Source: Candidatus Moraniibacteriota bacterium (GTDB lineage Bacteria; Patescibacteriota; Minisyncoccia; Moranbacterales; GCA-2747515). From it: a stretch of DNA of 64,000 nucleotides. The stretch covers positions 10,530 to 74,529 of the forward strand of contig JBBQZC010000004.1 of assembly GCA_038208115.1 (NCBI GenBank), written 5' to 3'. How positions within the stretch are numbered: the first letter of the stretch is position 1; each line of letters starts with the position of its first letter. Below are positions 21,799 through 33,317 of the stretch, piece after piece. Under the pieces are notes generated by a model that saw nothing but the letters and a program-made list of their open reading frames with translations, was not told the DNA's origin and ran no database searches. Both the position numbers and the translations under genes were made by a program.

Positions 21799-23649
21799 TT
21801 ATTCTTCTTCCTTATGAATCTTTTTTTGCTTTTTGATATCCTCCAGCATTTGTTCTTCATCTGTGATCTCATCCAGCTTCCCTCCGATGCTCATATCACC
21901 TTCTGTCACACGTTCCAATTCTGATAGGGTTGTCAGTCCTAACAACATTTTCAACATACCATCCTGCTTAAGAGTGATGAATCCTTTTGTCCGCGCGAGC
22001 TTTTCGATTTTGACGATATTTCCATCTTCTTCGACAATCATATTTTGCATCTCATTATCAAGCTCAATTGCCTCATACAATGCTAATCGACCCTTCAATC
22101 CCAACTGACCACATTTTTCGCAACCTTTCCCATGATGTAATTTGATACCATCTGAGAGATCCACTCCATATTTTTTGATCTCTTCTTCTGGGACACTTGC
22201 AATTTCATTTTCTATCCGTTTAATGATATTTTCTGGCACCTGCATTTCCTCTTTGCAGTTTTCACAAATGCTACGCACGAGCCTCTGTGCAGCAATCACG
22301 CGCACGGAAGATGCAATAAGAAATGGCTCCACGCCGAGATCAATAAGTCGAGGTAGCGCACCGATCGCATTATTTGTATGTACTGTAGAAAAAACGAGAT
22401 GTCCAGTAAGCGCAGCATGCACAGCGAGTTCTGCTGTCTCACCATCGCGGATCTCCCCAACCATGATCACATTTGGATCTTGACGCAAGATACTACGAAG
22501 TCCACTCGCAAATGAATATCCGATTTCTGGTTTTACTTGTGATTGGTTGATCCCTGGCACAAAATATTCTACTGGATCTTCAAGTGTGATGATATTGCGC
22601 TCCTCACCATTCAATATTTTTAAAAAAGCATACAGCGTGGTCGATTTTCCAGATCCTGTCGGACCAGTCATGAGGATCATCCCAAACGGATCTCTGATTC
22701 TTTTGAGAAACATCTCGTGTTGCGTCCCCATCATACCCAGTTCCGTCAGATCAAATGTCTGACGATCTTTTTCCAAAACACGCATTACGATCTTTTCTCC
22801 TTCCACTACAGGTAAGCTCGATACACGAAAATCAACATCATCTCCCTTATCATTGATCCGGAAACGCCCATCCTGTGGCTTGCGCTTTTCATCGATCTTC
22901 AAATTTGAAAGAATTTTGATACGAGATATCACAGCCTTACCCACTTCCTCTGGAAATGTGAGAGATGCATGCAAAACACCATCCTGACGAAAGCGTACAC
23001 GATATGTTTTATCGATTGGCTCGATATGAATATCTGACGCTTTGCCATCCAATGCATGTTTGATAATCACGTGTACCAATTTTGCGACAGGCGCATCTTG
23101 AATACTATCTCGATCGCCCGCATTTGATTGATCAGATTTTACTTCACCTTCAATTTCAAATGATTGCACGACATCCTCAACAGCTTTTTCTGCGCTACCA
23201 TACAAGGCAAAGAATTTTTCTAAAAGAATATCTGAAATGAGATACACAGCGATATTCATACGATCCTTTTGCGCAATAAACCGTAAAACGTTGAGTGCAT
23301 CAACACTTTGCACATCCACCATCGCAACGTGTAGTGTATTTGATGCAACATCCTTATCAAATATCACCATGTGATTTTTACGCGCAATGTCTTCTGCAAG
23401 TGATTGAATCGACTCTCGACTAGATCGTGAGGGAACACTTAACAAAGCCTCCACACCCAGCTCTTTTGCGCGAGCGACGATTGCATCATCGGAATCATTT
23501 TCGTCTGTCTTTGCCTGCGGTGTATCTTGCGGTAGATCTTGCGGTGCATTTTCAGTCACGTCAGATTGTGTAATCTGCACGTCATTATCACCATCTTCTT
23601 CTATCACAATTTTTTCTTCTATTGTGTTATTATTATCTTCTTGCATCAT
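21799..23649 (-). CDS. pilB: type IV pilus assembly ATPase (GspE/PilB)
   Basis: ASDIHIEP, PQDGR, GPTGSGKSTT, LRQDPNVIMVGEIRD, CxxC pairs. Confidence 0.95.
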   Translation of the reverse strand: MMQEDNNNTIEEKIVIEEDGDNDVQITQSDVTENAPQDLPQDTPQAKTDENDSDDAIVARAKELGVEALLSVPSRSSRESIQSLAEDIARKNHMVIFDKDVASNTLHVAMVDVQSVDALNVLRFIAQKDRMNIAVYLISDILLEKFFALYGSAEKAVEDVVQSFEIEGEVKSDQSNAGDRDSIQDAPVAKLVHVIIKHALDGKASDIHIEPIDKTYRVRFRQDGVLHASLTFPEEVGKAVISRIKILSNLKIDEKRKPQDGRFRINDKGDDVDFRVSSLPVVEGEKIVMRVLEKDRQTFDLTELGMMGTQHEMFLKRIRDPFGMILMTGPTGSGKSTTLYAFLKILNGEERNIITLEDPVEYFVPGINQSQVKPEIGYSFASGLRSILRQDPNVIMVGEIRDGETAELAVHAALTGHLVFSTVHTNNAIGALPRLIDLGVEPFLIASSVRVIAAQRLVRSICENCKEEMQVPENIIKRIENEIASVPEEEIKKYGVDLSDGIKLHHGKGCEKCGQLGLKGRLALYEAIELDNEMQNMIVEEDGNIVKIEKLARTKGFITLKQDGMLKMLLGLTTLSELERVTEGDMSIGGKLDEITDEEQMLEDIKKQKKIHKEEE

Positions 23650-23655
23650 TTTGTT

Positions 23656-24369
23656 TTATGGTAAAAATGGATTTACACGCTGTTTTGGCTCTGTGACCAA
23701 TTTATCCGTCTCCGCGCTTGAATTCATCACCGTATCGATTAGATCATAATCTACAACCTGATTAAAATACGTGGGATCAATTTTTTCTTCTCCAGGAATA
23801 TATCCATACGCAAACGTGATCACACCACTCAATAATTGTTCTTGAGGAACAGCATCTTCCTCTCCTTCTTTTGCATCTTTCTTTTCAACTTTTGTAAGCT
23901 CAAATGTCTTAAATGCATACAGTCTCTTCAAATGAAACAATTCATTCGAAAATTTCTTCACACTCTCATAGGTTCCACTGACAAGCATCTTTCCCTCGAT
24001 CAAATATGACGCTTGATCAGTTGCTGCACTTGATTTCACATCCTGACGACCCTCAGCAAATCCCATAGAAAAAAGACTAACACCTGTTTTTTCTGCAAGC
24101 TGTGATACATCACTGAGCAATATTTCCTCACGCTGATCATTAGGTACAAAGTCATTCACAAAGTCCACTTCTGTTGAATGACTTTTGACACTTTGCACGA
24201 ACGACTTAACACTGTTCAATTTGCTATTTGCAGCAGCAAGAGATTCTTCTTTTTGTATTATTAGTTGTTTTTCTGCTGATACTGATTTCCAAATTGGCAC
24301 AACTTGTCCAATAACAAAATACATGACAAGTAGCAGTATTACAGGAAACATGAGTATTCTTATGATCAT
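23656..24369 (-). CDS. pilO: PilO-like protein
   Basis: single N-terminal TM plus coiled coil, C-terminal NPF, pilM-N-O synteny. Confidence 0.6.
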   Translation of the reverse strand: MIIRILMFPVILLLVMYFVIGQVVPIWKSVSAEKQLIIQKEESLAAANSKLNSVKSFVQSVKSHSTEVDFVNDFVPNDQREEILLSDVSQLAEKTGVSLFSMGFAEGRQDVKSSAATDQASYLIEGKMLVSGTYESVKKFSNELFHLKRLYAFKTFELTKVEKKDAKEGEEDAVPQEQLLSGVITFAYGYIPGEEKIDPTYFNQVVDYDLIDTVMNSSAETDKLVTEPKQRVNPFLP

Positions 24370-24408
24370 ATTTTTATTTTATTTTATAAAAACCACTTAT
24401 TAATATAA

Positions 24409-25206
24409 TTACTGATTCACTTTTACTGAAGTATTTTCGGACTGCGTCGTATCAACTTGCACACTCGAACCGTCAGATTGTGCATCGACTTGCACACGGG
24501 ATCCATCCGATTGCACATCGACCCCATTTGAGCCTGATGTATCACTTTGCGTCTGATTCATACCTGCATCTCCATTTTTTTCAAATGGCATCTTTTTATA
24601 ACCATTTACATCCATCGTCAATGTAAATATGATCCGACCAGACTCGTCGCGATCTGTAGTCCCTACTTCGACATTGTCAAAAAAAGTACTCTTCTTGAAC
24701 ATTGCAATTTGCTGTGCCATTACATCAAATGAATCTGCATCTGCAGAAATCGTGATATTGCCTCTTCCTGTAATGACAGCACTCGCTGTCCCTACTGTCT
24801 TTTTTTCCTTAGCACCGGAATTATGTTGAAATGATTTCAATACGACACGATTTCCAGAATTATCAGATTCTTTCAATATCATAATTTTTTCAATCTCTTG
24901 CAATATATCATTTGTATCATAGCCACGATATATCTCTTTTTCCATCGCATCCGCACGCACAGCAAAATCAGACACATCATCTGACATTGCGTTCTGTATT
25001 TGATCATTTACATCAAGTGTTTCTTGTTCCAAATCTGCAGAATGAGCCTTGAGAGAGCTATCCCACATTTTAAGTGCACCCCATACAATAAGCACTACAA
25101 CGAGAGTGCCAAAAGCGACTAATAAACCACGTGAAACCATTTTTTTCCGTGGAGCACCATCGAAATTGTCATCAGATGTGCTTTTAAAGCCTGTACCTGA
25201 AACCAT
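24409..25206 (-). CDS. pilN: PilN-like protein
   Basis: one TM, coiled coil, ADSFDVMAQQI..F..V; directly after pilM. Confidence 0.6.
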   Translation of the reverse strand: MVSGTGFKSTSDDNFDGAPRKKMVSRGLLVAFGTLVVVLIVWGALKMWDSSLKAHSADLEQETLDVNDQIQNAMSDDVSDFAVRADAMEKEIYRGYDTNDILQEIEKIMILKESDNSGNRVVLKSFQHNSGAKEKKTVGTASAVITGRGNITISADADSFDVMAQQIAMFKKSTFFDNVEVGTTDRDESGRIIFTLTMDVNGYKKMPFEKNGDAGMNQTQSDTSGSNGVDVQSDGSRVQVDAQSDGSSVQVDTTQSENTSVKVNQ

Positions 25207-25240
25207 AATCTTTTATTTTAATGATTTAATTTATATATAT

Positions 25241-26287
25241 TTATTTATCTTTTTGATCTTCGATCTCACGAAGTGCTAACCCAATCGCAACAGAAAATGA
25301 TAATCCCAAATTCTTGATATCACCAGATGCTTTTTCATCATACACAATATGACTGAGCGGATTACCGATCGTCACTTTCAATCCCGTTAACTGCGTCAGG
25401 TATTCTGGTAAACCGACAAGACGTGCGCTCCCCCCACACAACACCAAAGACTCTACGACATCGCTTTTTTGAGTATCCAAAACACGCTTCACCTCATTTG
25501 CCACAAAATTCAATGAAGGAAAACCCACCTTGGTCGGACCAGTAAAAAAATCTTCACCACCCTCTTTGAGTGCTACAGCTCTTTCTCGTGAAATATTTAA
25601 TCCTTGCATAATCGCATTTGTCATGTCTGCACCTCCGATGTCAACACTACGACTGACATGTACAATGCCATTTTCAATAAGCACAATATTTGTGGTCTTG
25701 GCGCCAATATCAACTAAAATAAACCGTCCCTTTGTACTACCGATAACCGATCGTGCCAGAGAAAATGATTCTAATTCCAAAGAATCGATCGCAATATTCA
25801 CATCCTTGAAAAGTCCGTCGTAATATTGCACTTCACTTTTTGGTGCAGCGACTAACAGAACTTTCATTGTTGGTTTTTCTTTATCTTTTTCATCTTCACT
25901 CAAGATCTCCCAGCTGACATTCACTTCATCAAGAGAGGCTGGTATGTATCGCCGAGATTCAAATTTGATCGCAGCAGCGACGTCTTTTTCGCTCATGCGA
26001 GGAAAATCAACGATCAACACGAGACCATTAAAACTCGGGATTGCCACAATCGCCTTACGTGCCGTTGGTTTCATTTGTACGAAAAGTTCCTTTAAAGCAT
26101 CGCTTAAACGTTTTGCATAATCGTTATCATATGCATCAGGTACTTCTTTGATATTGGTGACATTAACCCATCCATAATTCGTGAGATATGGTTTTCCCTT
26201 GGACAACTTTAATTCAACAGCTTTGATCGATTGCGTCCCAAAATCAACGCCAAGATAATATTCGGAATGTGATGAAAACAATGACAT
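25241..26287 (-). CDS. pilM: type IV pilus assembly protein (actin-like)
   Basis: GVDFGTQSIKAVEL, VLLVAAPK, VDIGAKTT, LCGGSARL, AIGLALR. Confidence 0.93.
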   Translation of the reverse strand: MSLFSSHSEYYLGVDFGTQSIKAVELKLSKGKPYLTNYGWVNVTNIKEVPDAYDNDYAKRLSDALKELFVQMKPTARKAIVAIPSFNGLVLIVDFPRMSEKDVAAAIKFESRRYIPASLDEVNVSWEILSEDEKDKEKPTMKVLLVAAPKSEVQYYDGLFKDVNIAIDSLELESFSLARSVIGSTKGRFILVDIGAKTTNIVLIENGIVHVSRSVDIGGADMTNAIMQGLNISRERAVALKEGGEDFFTGPTKVGFPSLNFVANEVKRVLDTQKSDVVESLVLCGGSARLVGLPEYLTQLTGLKVTIGNPLSHIVYDEKASGDIKNLGLSFSVAIGLALREIEDQKDK

Positions 26288-26360
26288 AAATATTTTTGAA
26301 TTTTATATTTGCTTTTTACAGTATACCATACATAAGTAAATTATCACAACAAGATCTTGT

Positions 26361-27479
26361 CTATACTATTTCCTTTGCATCCACCGGTTCATCTGACACA
26401 TCTCTCCCTGCATCCATATCTGCATGGTCTTTTTTCAATATGTCTTTTACAAATGCATGGACTTCTTTGACGATCTGCTCACGCAATTTTTTATCCAATC
26501 GCAACATCGCTTTTGCACTTTCCCGACCCACGCCGAGCTTTACATCTTTATAGCTGTATGAATTACCCTTTTTTGTAATGATCTCATGCAGTGAACCCAC
26601 ATCTAGCACATCACCCGCAAGCGAGATGCCTTCATTATACATAATATCAAATTCTGCAATCTTGAAGGGAGCTGCTACCTTATTTTTTACAACTTTCACT
26701 TTTACACGATTACCCACGACGTCATCGCCCTTTTTGATCTGAGCAGCGCGACGCACATCCATACGCATTGATGAATAAAATTTCAGAGCATTTCCGCCAG
26801 TAGTTGTCTCAGGATTACCAAATACTATGCCGATCTTCATACGAATCTGATTGATAAATATCACGACACAGTTGGATTTTGCGATGATCGATGTCAATTT
26901 ACGAAGTGCTTGGCTCATGAGACGTGCTTGACGACCCATGTGTTGATCCCCCATTTCACCGTCGATCTCTGCTTGAGGTGTCAATGCAGCAACTGAGTCA
27001 ATCACGATAACATCCACAGCATCAGATCGCACCAATGTCTCTACAATATCCAACGCCTGTTCACCTGCGTCTGGTTGTGATACTAGTAATTCATCAATAT
27101 TCACACCGATATTTCTCGCATATTCAGGATCGAGTGCATGTTCAGCATCCACAAAAGCCGCTACACCACCATCTCGCTGTGCATTTGCCACAATATGTAA
27201 TGCCAAAGTCGTCTTACCCGATGACTCTGGTCCGTAGATCTCGATGATGCGACCGCGTGGCACACCACCAATACCTGTTGCAATATCAAGAGATAACGAA
27301 CCTGTCGAAATTACTGCCACATCAACTCTGGGGACATCTCCCAATTTCATCAACATTCCATCACCAAATTTTGTCCGAATTTCTTTCACGACAGCATCTA
27401 TGCTTTTACTCCCTTCACTCTTATCACCTTTCTTTTTAGCCATTTTTTTGAATAAACGAATTACATCATTTTCCCCCAT
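26361..27479 (-). CDS. recA: recombinase A
   Basis: [38 protein letters not shown]; start set at the ATG after GGAGGAGG (27443 is an alternative). Confidence 0.99.
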   Translation of the reverse strand: MGENDVIRLFKKMAKKKGDKSEGSKSIDAVVKEIRTKFGDGMLMKLGDVPRVDVAVISTGSLSLDIATGIGGVPRGRIIEIYGPESSGKTTLALHIVANAQRDGGVAAFVDAEHALDPEYARNIGVNIDELLVSQPDAGEQALDIVETLVRSDAVDVIVIDSVAALTPQAEIDGEMGDQHMGRQARLMSQALRKLTSIIAKSNCVVIFINQIRMKIGIVFGNPETTTGGNALKFYSSMRMDVRRAAQIKKGDDVVGNRVKVKVVKNKVAAPFKIAEFDIMYNEGISLAGDVLDVGSLHEIITKKGNSYSYKDVKLGVGRESAKAMLRLDKKLREQIVKEVHAFVKDILKKDHADMDAGRDVSDEPVDAKEIV

Positions 27480-27551
27480 TGCCTCCTCCACTAAAACATC
27501 ATTTTATCTAAAACTATAAGCATAGATATTATATCAAAACTCCTGAAAATG

Positions 27552-28559
27552 TCACGGGGTAACGTTTTTATCATCACCCTTATCCAAATCATCGTTTTTT
27601 ACTTCCTGTGCGTAAACCTTATCTTTTACTATTTCATCTTTCTTGCTTATCTGATCATATGTCTCACCATCCAAACTTACCAGAGTATCACTTCCGCTAC
27701 TTGATGTGATTTTAAATTCACGTAGCGCATTGAATTCTTTAACATCGCCTACGCGAATAGTATCATTGAATACATCCACATCATCTGCTGTAACACTGAG
27801 CCATATGGGATTTTTTTCCGTTTTGATAAATAAATGAATTGGCTCCAACATTAGCTCTTCCTTTTGTTCTTGTTCTACGACATATTGTGCATCAATAATA
27901 AGATTCTCAACAGTTTCTTTGTCAAATTTATTCACACTTTTAACTTGCACAGTATTAATACCTTGTGCCAAACCAACATCATCCACAAATAATCCATCTA
28001 TATCAACAAATACTTGCTGTCCATTGATAAAAACGCGTGAATTATTACGCGTCTTCCCTTGGACACGGACAGAATCACTCATCACAACACTATCATGGGC
28101 TGGACTATCCACGATTAACCATGGGGATGATATGAAATTATCCACACTAAAATACAAATACATTCCCACAGCGCTCAAAATCAAAAGACCAAACCCAACT
28201 ACCAAAATGCGTGGTGTGAACACAAATCGTGGTACTTTTGGCAACTTACTAAATGTTTCCTCCTCATCTGTATTATTGATGTTATGATACACACTATATT
28301 CTCTCTCAAATAGATTCAATAAAACCTTCTCAGGAACACCAAAAAAACGTGCCTGAGATTGCACAAAGCCCTTCACATACACTTTCGTTGGCAAAATATT
28401 ATATTGTCCTTTTTCCAACGCATCCAGATATTGCTCTTTGACATTGATTTTTCGTGAAAGATCATGTATTCGCATGCGACGATCTTCACGAAGTTGTCGT
28501 AACTTTTCTCCAAGTGTCAAAGAACCTACCTTTTTACGTACAAAACTTCGATCATTCAT
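27552..28559 (-). CDS. RodZ-like HTH membrane protein with Ig-like and DUF4115-like domains
   Basis: TLGEKLRQLRE..YLDALEKG..LP..VYVKGF HTH, one TM, extracellular beta domains; ftsK-rodZ-recA synteny. Confidence 0.75.
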   Translation of the reverse strand: MNDRSFVRKKVGSLTLGEKLRQLREDRRMRIHDLSRKINVKEQYLDALEKGQYNILPTKVYVKGFVQSQARFFGVPEKVLLNLFEREYSVYHNINNTDEEETFSKLPKVPRFVFTPRILVVGFGLLILSAVGMYLYFSVDNFISSPWLIVDSPAHDSVVMSDSVRVQGKTRNNSRVFINGQQVFVDIDGLFVDDVGLAQGINTVQVKSVNKFDKETVENLIIDAQYVVEQEQKEELMLEPIHLFIKTEKNPIWLSVTADDVDVFNDTIRVGDVKEFNALREFKITSSSGSDTLVSLDGETYDQISKKDEIVKDKVYAQEVKNDDLDKGDDKNVTP

Positions 28560-28618
28560 AACACATAAATATCACTTTTCCACTATTTTACATCTACTAC
28601 AATATCCGATCAATCCAT

Positions 28619-30955
28619 TTATTCTTCAAAGCTTTCATCTGCTGTTTCTTGCGAAATCAATACACGCCGTGGCTTTTGTCCATCTGGAGCGCCAATTACA
28701 CCTCTTTCCTCCAATTCATCCATAAGTCGCGCAGCACGAGAATATCCTACACGCAGTCGTCTTTGAATATACGATGTGGAAGCCTTTCCAGCTTCGATCA
28801 CAAGAGCCTTGGCTTCCTCATACACAGGATCTTCACCACCAACACTTTTTGCCACACTATCAAAATCCACCATTGTCCCTGCATGAGAACTGGGATGTGT
28901 TACATCATTGCCGCTGAAATCCTCACTGATATCGTACGCACCTATGATCTCTGCTTGTCGTTTGATAAATTCAACAACCTGCTTTACTTCTTCTTCTTCA
29001 ACATATGCACTCTGCAATCGATGGGGATTGGAACTTTGTGGCCCGAGAAACAACATATCACCATTACCCACTAGCTTCTCCGCACCTGGGACATCAAGGA
29101 TCGTACGAGAGTCAATATTTGTAGCAACGCGAAGTGCGATGCGCGTTGGGAGGTTTGCCTTGATCAATCCTGTGATCACCTCTACGCTTGGACGTTGTGT
29201 AGAAATAATGAGATGAATACCAATTGCACGAGACATTTGCGCGATACGTACAATCACACCTTCAACTTCTTTGCCGTGTGATGACATCAAATCTGATAAT
29301 TCATCAATGACGATTACAATTGCTGGGAGATTTTCTATTGGCTCATGGCACTTCTTTCCAGTATCTGGATCGATAAATATATGTTGTTCACCTGCATCAC
29401 GTTTTTTATTATATGACTCAATATCACGTGATCCTGTTTCTTGAAGCAATTTATATCGCCGTTCCATTTCTGACACAGACCATTTGAGCGCATTGATCAC
29501 TTTACCATTATCTACGATCACGTCAGAAAGCAAATGTGGTATACCACTATATAATGTCAGTTCCACACGCTTTGGATCCACTAAAATCAACTTCAGATCT
29601 TCAGGAGAATTTTTATATAAAAGAGAAAGCAGAATACAGTTGATCGTAACAGATTTTCCTGATCCCGTTGTCCCTGCCACAAGCAAATGTGGCATTTTTG
29701 CTAAATTCTCGAAAACATAATCACCATTTACATCTTCACCAAGAGCCAATAATAATTTCTTTTCTGATTTACTAAATGCATCTGTCATCACAAGATCTCG
29801 CATTCGCACAGTTGCTGGTGTTTTATTAGGGACTTCAATACCCACCAAAGATTTTCCAGGGATTGGAGCTTCGATACGGATCGGATGTGCAGCTAATGCA
29901 AGCGCCAAATCTGCGTTTAGTGTCGTGATACGAGACAATTTCACACCACTTTGTGGACGAAAACTGTATTGCGTCACTGTCGGTCCAGTGACCACAGCCT
30001 CTAGTTCCATCATGATACCAAAATTTGCAAATGTTTCTTGGATCCGCAACGCATCACGCTTTACATCACCACCCTTAGCTTTACCAGATCCACTTTTTAA
30101 TAATTTTAATGGTGGTAATTCCCACTCAACATCAGCACGCTGTTGATTCTTTTTATGATGCAATACGCTACGTTCTACAATTTCTTCCACTCTTTGTTCA
30201 TTTTTTTGATATTGCTCAAGCACATTGTCCTGTGGCACTTCAATCTCCAATTCTTGTTCATCATCATAATCATCGTAATCCTCATGTGCATCAGAAATTT
30301 TCACTTGTTGATTCACTGTCTCTTGTTCACCATCTTCATCATCACTAACGTCTGCATCAGATAGATCTTTTTTCCTTCGTACAAAAAATGACAATGGTGC
30401 ATCAAACCATGCAAAACGGTCACTCATACCAACCAGTGACATATTAAATGCAACAATAAGTCCCGTCAAAATAACTGCACTCAAAATAATTGTCCCCGCA
30501 ATTTTTCCGGTAAATGTCACTAAAACGCCTGCAAGAGAATATCCTAAATATCCACCGCCCACGCCTTCTTTCGCCATAAGCGCATATTGATCCGCAGAAA
30601 ATGGTAATAAATGTAATAATGCCAAAAAACCCCAAAAAGCAATAGCAATCCCAACAATTTTACTTATATAAAAATGTGCATCAACTTTTTTCCGCAATAA
30701 AATATATCCTGCAAAAGCAAAAACAAATGGCGCAATATATTTACCCCATCCAAATATCATGCCAACTCCCGTATTCATCTTGATCCCAGCAGGACCTGCA
30801 GCATTAAAAAAACCTAATACAAATATCGCAGCAATCACAAACAAAAATATCGCAGCAATCGAACGTTTTGCATGACCACTTAAATGAAGTGCGACAAAAT
30901 CTTGACCATCACCCTCAGCAGCATCTTCTTCTTTCTTATTTTTTTTTGCAGACAT
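28619..30955 (-). CDS. ftsK: DNA translocase FtsK/SpoIIIE
   Basis: N-terminal TMs, MPHLLVAGTTGSGKS, IDELSDLM, TQRPS, gamma domain STSYIQRRLRVGYSRAAR. Confidence 0.97.
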   Translation of the reverse strand: MSAKKNKKEEDAAEGDGQDFVALHLSGHAKRSIAAIFLFVIAAIFVLGFFNAAGPAGIKMNTGVGMIFGWGKYIAPFVFAFAGYILLRKKVDAHFYISKIVGIAIAFWGFLALLHLLPFSADQYALMAKEGVGGGYLGYSLAGVLVTFTGKIAGTIILSAVILTGLIVAFNMSLVGMSDRFAWFDAPLSFFVRRKKDLSDADVSDDEDGEQETVNQQVKISDAHEDYDDYDDEQELEIEVPQDNVLEQYQKNEQRVEEIVERSVLHHKKNQQRADVEWELPPLKLLKSGSGKAKGGDVKRDALRIQETFANFGIMMELEAVVTGPTVTQYSFRPQSGVKLSRITTLNADLALALAAHPIRIEAPIPGKSLVGIEVPNKTPATVRMRDLVMTDAFSKSEKKLLLALGEDVNGDYVFENLAKMPHLLVAGTTGSGKSVTINCILLSLLYKNSPEDLKLILVDPKRVELTLYSGIPHLLSDVIVDNGKVINALKWSVSEMERRYKLLQETGSRDIESYNKKRDAGEQHIFIDPDTGKKCHEPIENLPAIVIVIDELSDLMSSHGKEVEGVIVRIAQMSRAIGIHLIISTQRPSVEVITGLIKANLPTRIALRVATNIDSRTILDVPGAEKLVGNGDMLFLGPQSSNPHRLQSAYVEEEEVKQVVEFIKRQAEIIGAYDISEDFSGNDVTHPSSHAGTMVDFDSVAKSVGGEDPVYEEAKALVIEAGKASTSYIQRRLRVGYSRAARLMDELEERGVIGAPDGQKPRRVLISQETADESFEE

Positions 30956-31041
30956 AAATTCCAGTTTTTTTATTCATAATCATCATATTTTATTCTAACA
31001 CGAAAAATCAGTTTACTACAATAATGGTACATTTTTCCTAT

Positions 31042-31071
31042 AAAAAATCGGCTTTCGAAAAAGCCGATTTT
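31042..31071 (-). terminator. rho-independent terminator
   Basis: aaaatcggcttt-cgaa-aaagccgatttt inverted repeat after the 31083 stop. Confidence 0.75.
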
Positions 31072-31082
31072 ACAATTATATA

Positions 31083-31589
31083 TTATATGATGTGAAGTTG
31101 ACGTGCAATTTCTTGAGCCTCTTCCCATCGCCCATCTTTTCGTAAATCTTGCATTTCTCGCATGAGGTCAAACTTTTCTCTTGTATTTATGACATCAGCC
31201 ATTCTCGTGCCTACTATGGCCGTTTGATACGCATCCCAATCCCCCGCAGCCACTATATCTTTAATCTCTGATTGATTTCTTATTTTATGTGGCATATTTT
31301 CAGAACGTTCTATACCAGCATTTTCCAAAACCTCTCGTGCCTTCTCAAAATCACCCATTTTGCGGAAATTATGAGCCACGTGAATCGCATCAAACGTTTT
31401 AGATGTGGAAAAATCTATTAATCGATGTTGGTTTTCGTGTAATTTTTCTTTTTCTACGACACGGTGAACTGCATCACGTCGTAAATTTTTATTATTATGG
31501 AATGATGCTTGTGCAACACCCACACCAATCGATCCGGCAGCAACAACTGTCACCAAAGAACTTATAAATATTCTCTTATTATTCTTCAT
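31083..31589 (-). CDS. secreted helical hypothetical protein
   Basis: MKNNKRIFISSLVTVVAAGSIGVGVAQA signal peptide; start moved to 31589, downstream of the ECF-type promoter. Confidence 0.65.
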   Translation of the reverse strand: MKNNKRIFISSLVTVVAAGSIGVGVAQASFHNNKNLRRDAVHRVVEKEKLHENQHRLIDFSTSKTFDAIHVAHNFRKMGDFEKAREVLENAGIERSENMPHKIRNQSEIKDIVAAGDWDAYQTAIVGTRMADVINTREKFDLMREMQDLRKDGRWEEAQEIARQLHII

Positions 31590-31632
31590 AATGCATGCAT
31601 GTGCTAAATGATTATTACCCTTGCACATTCCT

Positions 31633-31660
31633 TTACGCATATCAATTGTAAATTCTTTCA
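31633..31660 (-). promoter_or_regulatory. putative ECF sigma promoter TGAAAG-N17-CGTAA
   Basis: TGAAAGaatttacaattgatatgCGTAA; closely similar to the motif upstream of the ECF gene. Confidence 0.6.
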
Positions 31661-31713
31661 TAACAAAAACACTCTTCATTGAAAAGAAAAGAGTGTCTTT
31701 CTTGCGATATGAT

Positions 31714-32373
31714 CTATCGCACTACGATCTGTACTTTTTTAATACCACTGTTGCCTGCTTTATCATATGCACGCACTTCTAATGTGTATGTGCCCCGCGG
31801 TGTATTTTTTGGGATATTGAAATGGCTATTTGATGTTTTTTCCTTTATGCCTCGAAAATAGTACTTGTAATTTTTTATTTCACTATTATCTTTTGCTTTC
31901 CACCAGACCTTTTCACCGGGATATTTACTCAATCGCGACGGAAGATCAGTAAATTCAGGATCCTCAGTATCAACTTTGATCTTATACTTATCTGAGTCGG
32001 CTTTATTACCATTTTTATCATAATAATCGATAGTCACTGTCCACGTTTTATTATCATCAAAATCAATTTTTTGGAACCATGTGCCATCTTTTGCAATGAC
32101 TATTTTACGATCCTCACCATTTTTTACTGAAATAATAATCCGTCCACCAGCGAGTTCTGGAATTTTCCCTTCGAAAGAGATTTTTTTATCATTTACATAT
32201 AGTTTCTTCCCTGTAATAAATTCAAAGCCTTTTTGTTTACCTTTGAAATCGATGTCTGTATTGATGTGAACTGCATAAACATTCTGAAAAGATCCTCCCG
32301 CCAATACAAAAATCAAAATAATAAAGATTATAAATTGTGTACGTTTTCTATTATTTGGTATTCTAAGCCACAT
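31714..32373 (-). CDS. secreted Ig-like domain protein
   Basis: N-terminal TM/signal, VDTEDP, YTLEVRAYDKAGN. Confidence 0.7.
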   Translation of the reverse strand: MWLRIPNNRKRTQFIIFIILIFVLAGGSFQNVYAVHINTDIDFKGKQKGFEFITGKKLYVNDKKISFEGKIPELAGGRIIISVKNGEDRKIVIAKDGTWFQKIDFDDNKTWTVTIDYYDKNGNKADSDKYKIKVDTEDPEFTDLPSRLSKYPGEKVWWKAKDNSEIKNYKYYFRGIKEKTSNSHFNIPKNTPRGTYTLEVRAYDKAGNSGIKKVQIVVR

Positions 32374-32462
32374 ATTTTTATTCTTCTAATTCTTCTACTA
32401 TAACACAAAATCACAGTTGTCTCAATTAATCATGTTTATCGAACAGTATGAAAAAACTAGCA

Positions 32463-33314
32463 TTATCTCTCTAATCGCCACCGTATATCATTACATGGAT
32501 TTATAAGAGCTGCACGCATCTGATTCAATTGCTGTCTGATCATCTCATAATGCTTTTCTCTCAAAAGCAATCGCTCATCATTATCATCATCAAAATCAAA
32601 TGATACTACTTGCATACCATTTATACTACGCATCTTCACGTCACATGCAATAAAAACACCTTTTTCGTTCGTGTTTCCTAAAAATATCGCATGATCACTC
32701 CCTTGTAAATCTGCATATTTTTGCGTTGGAATATTATCAACTGCAATCACCCATAATGTGCCATCTGTCGACATGAGCTCAACAATATTATCGTTCCGTC
32801 GTACAATTTGACCCATTAAAATACCTCTTTCTGGCAAATCAAAACTCACTGCACGTCTTTTATTTACATTGTAATAATAGCGCATATGCGAACCGAGCAT
32901 ATCATCAACATAACAACTGATACCTTTTGCATATAAAAACACACCAACGATAATACTCAGCCCAATATGAATACTGATAATAATATACAGAGGGTAAATA
33001 TAGCCTCGATCAGTATGTCGCACGCTGACATCGCATAAAATGACAAAAACTCCCGTAAGAAATATCCATAAAAATATCATACACAAAGTAATATATGATA
33101 TGAAATACCCATAAATCTCTCGATGAAGATCCATGTCACTATTTACAACCGTATATATAATCACACTCACAAAAAGCGCGCCCACCAAGATGCTTGCACC
33201 ACCAAAGATCCACATTAAAATATTTTTCACCACAAAAAACCAACGAGGTTTTTGCTTAACTTCCCCTTTCAGAATTCTTTCCAATGCTTTTTGCGATGGC
33301 TTACTTTCCGTCAT
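32463..33314 (-). CDS. membrane protein, putative anti-sigma factor
   Basis: 3 TMs, KPRWFF motif, starts 3 nt after the ECF sigma stop. Confidence 0.55.
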   Translation of the reverse strand: MTESKPSQKALERILKGEVKQKPRWFFVVKNILMWIFGGASILVGALFVSVIIYTVVNSDMDLHREIYGYFISYITLCMIFLWIFLTGVFVILCDVSVRHTDRGYIYPLYIIISIHIGLSIIVGVFLYAKGISCYVDDMLGSHMRYYYNVNKRRAVSFDLPERGILMGQIVRRNDNIVELMSTDGTLWVIAVDNIPTQKYADLQGSDHAIFLGNTNEKGVFIACDVKMRSINGMQVVSFDFDDDNDERLLLREKHYEMIRQQLNQMRAALINPCNDIRWRLER

Positions 33315-33317
33315 ACG

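Noticed and set aside
26361-27491. Intein or intron in recA, or in ligA or ftsK
   Set aside because: Lengths and motif spacing are normal, with no insertion.
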